A program made the translations under genes and the position numbers. A DNA stretch of 64,000 nt from an uncultured Rikenella sp. (GTDB taxonomy: Bacteria; Bacteroidota; Bacteroidia; Bacteroidales; VadinHA17), in assembly GCA_964455705.1 (NCBI GenBank), contig CAYVYM010000009.1:20846-84845 (forward strand), written 5' to 3'. Under the pieces are notes generated by a model. It did not search any database, was not told the DNA's origin, and saw nothing but the letters and a program-made list of their open reading frames with translations. Within the stretch, counting starts at the first letter, position 1. Each line of letters starts with the position of its first letter. Positions 61,050-64,000 of this stretch are shown piece after piece.

Positions 61050-63890
61050 TTAATATCCCAGCGTGAACTCCTTCTCTGTAGCCGGGATGCCCTCCTTCAT
61101 CCACTGAGGCATCGGCTCTCCCCTGAGATAATGATTGAAGAACTGTGCCATACGTTTCTGGAAGTCTATCCTGTTCGGCAGCTTCTGCGCCCAGTGTGGC
61201 TCTCCGTTGTAGTTGAGCAGCCATGAGGGTTTGCCGAGCCGACGCATCGCCACGAAGAACTCAATGCCCTGGTACCATGGCACTGCGCCGTCCTGGTCAT
61301 TGGCCATGATGAGTATCGGCGTCTCAATCTTGTCGATGGCAAAGAGAGGTGAGTTTTCCCAGTAGAGGTGAGGCGCCTCCCATATTGAAGCCCCAAGGCG
61401 GCTCTGTGTATGTTCATACTGGAACGACCGGTTCATGCCTGATTCCCAGCGTATGCCTCCGTAGGCACTGTACATGTTTACCACCGGAGCACCTGACTCT
61501 ATTGCCGCAAACAGGGTGGTACGGGTAGCCAGGTAAGCAACCTGATACCCTCCCCAGCTGTGACCCTGTGCACCAATGCGCTTCTCATCAACGAAGCCCT
61601 TGTCTATCAACGACATGATGCCAGGCATCACGCAATTGAATGCACTCTGCCCGGGGTAACCGTCGATATAGTAGACATCGGGGTTGAAAATGAGGTAACC
61701 GTTGCTTGTATAATAATGATAATCAATAGTAGATCTGCCTGGTTCAGGTATCCTGTGCCTGTTGAGCTCCGTTGAGCTCTTCTCGTAAAAGTTCACTATC
61801 ATGGGGTACTTCCGCGAAGGATCAAATCCTTCCGGCTTGTACAACAGCCCTTCTGTCTTCCTGCCGTCAAGGGAGGTCCAGCTGACCAGCTCTGCAGTAC
61901 CCCACAGGAAATCTTTCTGCTGCGGGTTTACATCGGTTACTATCTTCTCATTCCTGAATGTGAGATCCGTCACCAGATAGTCAGGAAAAAGACTAAAGTC
62001 CTCCTTAGTATAAATGAGAGCATCGCTCTTTTTAGCCTTCACCGGTATACCCAGGCTGTAATCGCCTCCAACAAGCCATTGCGGCTTCTCCTTTTTACGA
62101 AGATCGATAGAATAGAAGCCCTGTGTCCTGGTCTCCTCGTTGGTGCCATGAAGGTATTGTCTCTCCGAAGGGTCAATGAAGTCGTTCTCAGAATCGAAGT
62201 CCAGCAACCTGTACCTTATTCTTTCACTCCGTCCGTTACTGGTCAGATTCTGCGGTGCCCGTGCAGCAGCAGGATCAAGTGACCATATGTCATACCTGTC
62301 AGAGACAAGGAAAGCTTTGTCATCCTTCAGCCATCCTGCCGAAGGGTATGACCCTGGGAGGTCGGGAACATCATTCTCTTCATCCCATACCCTGAGAGTG
62401 GACGGAGTGGTCAGACGCTTATCCCTTCCTGCTGCAACATCCCATGCGTACCATGAGCTGTCGGCCTCCTGATACCAGAACAGGTAATTGCCTGCCGGTG
62501 AAAAACGGGTTCTTGCCCTGAGCTTCTCCTTGATTTTAACGGCATCACCGGTCATGACATCAATGATCCAGACATCACTTCCGGTATTCCCCTCCCACAT
62601 CGATTCGAGTTCATAAGGCTTAGAAGAGAAGGTGGCAGCCTTCGGGCCGTCACCCTTGTCAGGCAACTGAATATCAGGCATCTCCTCTGTCGCCAGCTGC
62701 ACGACCTTTTTCCTGTCAGCATGAAAAACTGCAGTATAACTCTTCTTAATATCGCGCGATTTGCTGACCACCTGTGCTGTCTTCAGCCTGCCTTCCGCCC
62801 AGTGCCATACATCCACTACAGCACGGTCTTCATCAAGCACCGTCGTGTCCTTAACCTTGTATGCCGGTGAGGTGCCGAAGAAGAGCCTCGGACTGTTTTC
62901 GGCGAATGTCAGCCTGGCATTCTCATTGATGATCCATCCTTCAGGGATGCCCTGCGTTCCACTGGTGGCAGCCATTGTTGCCAACCCTTTGCCATCCCAG
63001 AAACATAGTGAATATGTGTTCCCGGCCTTGTCCTTCTCATCAAATGACACGATGAATGCGGCCCTCTCCCCTTTCTTATCGAGCGAGAGTTGCTTATACT
63101 TCGCCTTGCCCTTATAGAGGATGGGAGTTGTACCCTTTTTAAGATCGATGATGAAGACGCCGGGTTCGAGCCCGTTGTCGTCACCTGTTGTTGTATACGC
63201 AAGCTTCTCCGCCTCTTCGGCAAATAGATATTCGGTCACAAACCCGACCGAATCAGTCATGCCGGTACTCAGGTTCCGGAAATACAATGTATATCCGTTG
63301 TCGGCCGATTCGCTCTTCGGTTTCTTCCCGTTCTCTTTTCCCGACTCCCTGCCGGCTTCCTTAACAACCTCCTGTCTGCTCTCCCCTCCGTTGCCCGTGG
63401 TATCTTTCGGTGGTGCAGACTTCTCCTTTGACGGCTCGGTCTGCCATGCTATCCAACCTGCCCATTTTGCCGGCACCTTGAACGATTTCAGCCTGCTGAT
63501 TGTATCAGTCAGACCGGTGGCAACATAATAGATCCCAAGCTTGTCGGGCGACATATCCTCCTTTTTTGTCTTTTTGAGCTTCAACGCCCTTACTTCATCA
63601 ACCGGAGGCTTGATAGTGAAGAACAGGAACCGCGAGTCAGTTGAAATATTTATGCCGGTGGCACAGCTGAATGTTGACTTCAGCTCCCCGTTCCTGTCAT
63701 ATAGCGTTACCACCGGATCACCCAGCGAAGGCTCGGCTTTAAATGCAATAAGCGAACCGTCATCAGAGATCACCCTCTCTGATATACGGTTCCACGTTAC
63801 AAGGTCGTCTATAGTCAGTGCCCTCTTTCCCTGAGGTGTGGCATGCAGTGAAAGCAGCATGACAAGATATAATGCAATACTTCTCTTCAT
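61050..63890 (-). CDS. S9 family serine peptidase (prolyl oligopeptidase family), secreted, with low-complexity insert
   Basis: Signal peptide and a long beta-propeller region. C-terminal hydrolase with GHSWGGY nucleophile motif and ..NDQDGAVP../..EPHW.. The propeller contains a Lys/Glu/Gly-rich insert (..EKSAPPKDTTGNGGESRQEVVKEAGRESGKENGKKPKSE..). Confidence 0.85.
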   Translation of the reverse strand: MKRSIALYLVMLLSLHATPQGKRALTIDDLVTWNRISERVISDDGSLIAFKAEPSLGDPVVTLYDRNGELKSTFSCATGINISTDSRFLFFTIKPPVDEVRALKLKKTKKEDMSPDKLGIYYVATGLTDTISRLKSFKVPAKWAGWIAWQTEPSKEKSAPPKDTTGNGGESRQEVVKEAGRESGKENGKKPKSESADNGYTLYFRNLSTGMTDSVGFVTEYLFAEEAEKLAYTTTGDDNGLEPGVFIIDLKKGTTPILYKGKAKYKQLSLDKKGERAAFIVSFDEKDKAGNTYSLCFWDGKGLATMAATSGTQGIPEGWIINENARLTFAENSPRLFFGTSPAYKVKDTTVLDEDRAVVDVWHWAEGRLKTAQVVSKSRDIKKSYTAVFHADRKKVVQLATEEMPDIQLPDKGDGPKAATFSSKPYELESMWEGNTGSDVWIIDVMTGDAVKIKEKLRARTRFSPAGNYLFWYQEADSSWYAWDVAAGRDKRLTTPSTLRVWDEENDVPDLPGSYPSAGWLKDDKAFLVSDRYDIWSLDPAAARAPQNLTSNGRSERIRYRLLDFDSENDFIDPSERQYLHGTNEETRTQGFYSIDLRKKEKPQWLVGGDYSLGIPVKAKKSDALIYTKEDFSLFPDYLVTDLTFRNEKIVTDVNPQQKDFLWGTAELVSWTSLDGRKTEGLLYKPEGFDPSRKYPMIVNFYEKSSTELNRHRIPEPGRSTIDYHYYTSNGYLIFNPDVYYIDGYPGQSAFNCVMPGIMSLIDKGFVDEKRIGAQGHSWGGYQVAYLATRTTLFAAIESGAPVVNMYSAYGGIRWESGMNRSFQYEHTQSRLGASIWEAPHLYWENSPLFAIDKIETPILIMANDQDGAVPWYQGIEFFVAMRRLGKPSWLLNYNGEPHWAQKLPNRIDFQKRMAQFFNHYLRGEPMPQWMKEGIPATEKEFTLGY

Positions 63891-64000
63891 ATCATAATGA
63901 TGTTGGTTTCAGTGCTTAAAAATAGTACTTAATCGGTACGGCAAAAGATGTTTTGCAGCGGATCATATGGCTTCAGGACTTATATCATGTTAATTTTCCA

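Overview
This is a 64-kb chromosomal segment that looks like a Bacteroidota genome, probably from an anaerobe. The evidence is a SusC/SusD pair, many lipoprotein signal peptides, TAnnTTTG-type -7 promoter boxes and no Shine-Dalgarno dependence. I support 44 CDS and 1 pseudogene, mostly on the minus strand. I did not recognise any rRNA, tRNA, tmRNA, CRISPR array, transposase or integrase. Housekeeping genes: recA (3' end), uvrA, smpB, miaA, lpdA, pnuC, a znuACB-like metal ABC transporter, an ECF sigma factor, a two-component system and two S9 peptidases. Accessory content, left to right: (i) a membrane AraC-TPR regulator with two small secreted proteins; (ii) a peptidase-MA/PD40/beta-barrel fusion protein; (iii) a six-gene operon (11.1-14.4 kb) encoding DUF134, two NifX-like proteins, a CGGC protein and two MinD-type Fe-S ATPases, resembling the poorly understood anaerobe-specific 'orange protein complex' loci; (iv) a mosaic patch (14.5-19.4 kb) with a class II Fic protein, a lactonase, a DUF4143-type AAA ATPase and a decayed RND pump; (v) a ~22-kb polysaccharide utilization locus (38.1-60.7 kb). 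The enzyme set of that locus is two PF10091/GH144-like lipoproteins, a discoidin-(alpha/alpha)6 protein, a GH35-like protein and a ~1100-aa GH94-like phosphorylase. This suggests beta-1,2-glucan catabolism with a cytoplasmic phosphorolytic arm, and it is my top candidate for something new. At nucleotide level the window carries a dispersed family of modular short-tandem-repeat intergenic elements (AAGTC nonamers, GATTTGC heptamers, TAG-rich heptamers) at five or more loci, plus a separate 5-unit 31-32-bp tandem array. All family assignments come from reading motifs by eye; no searches were run.
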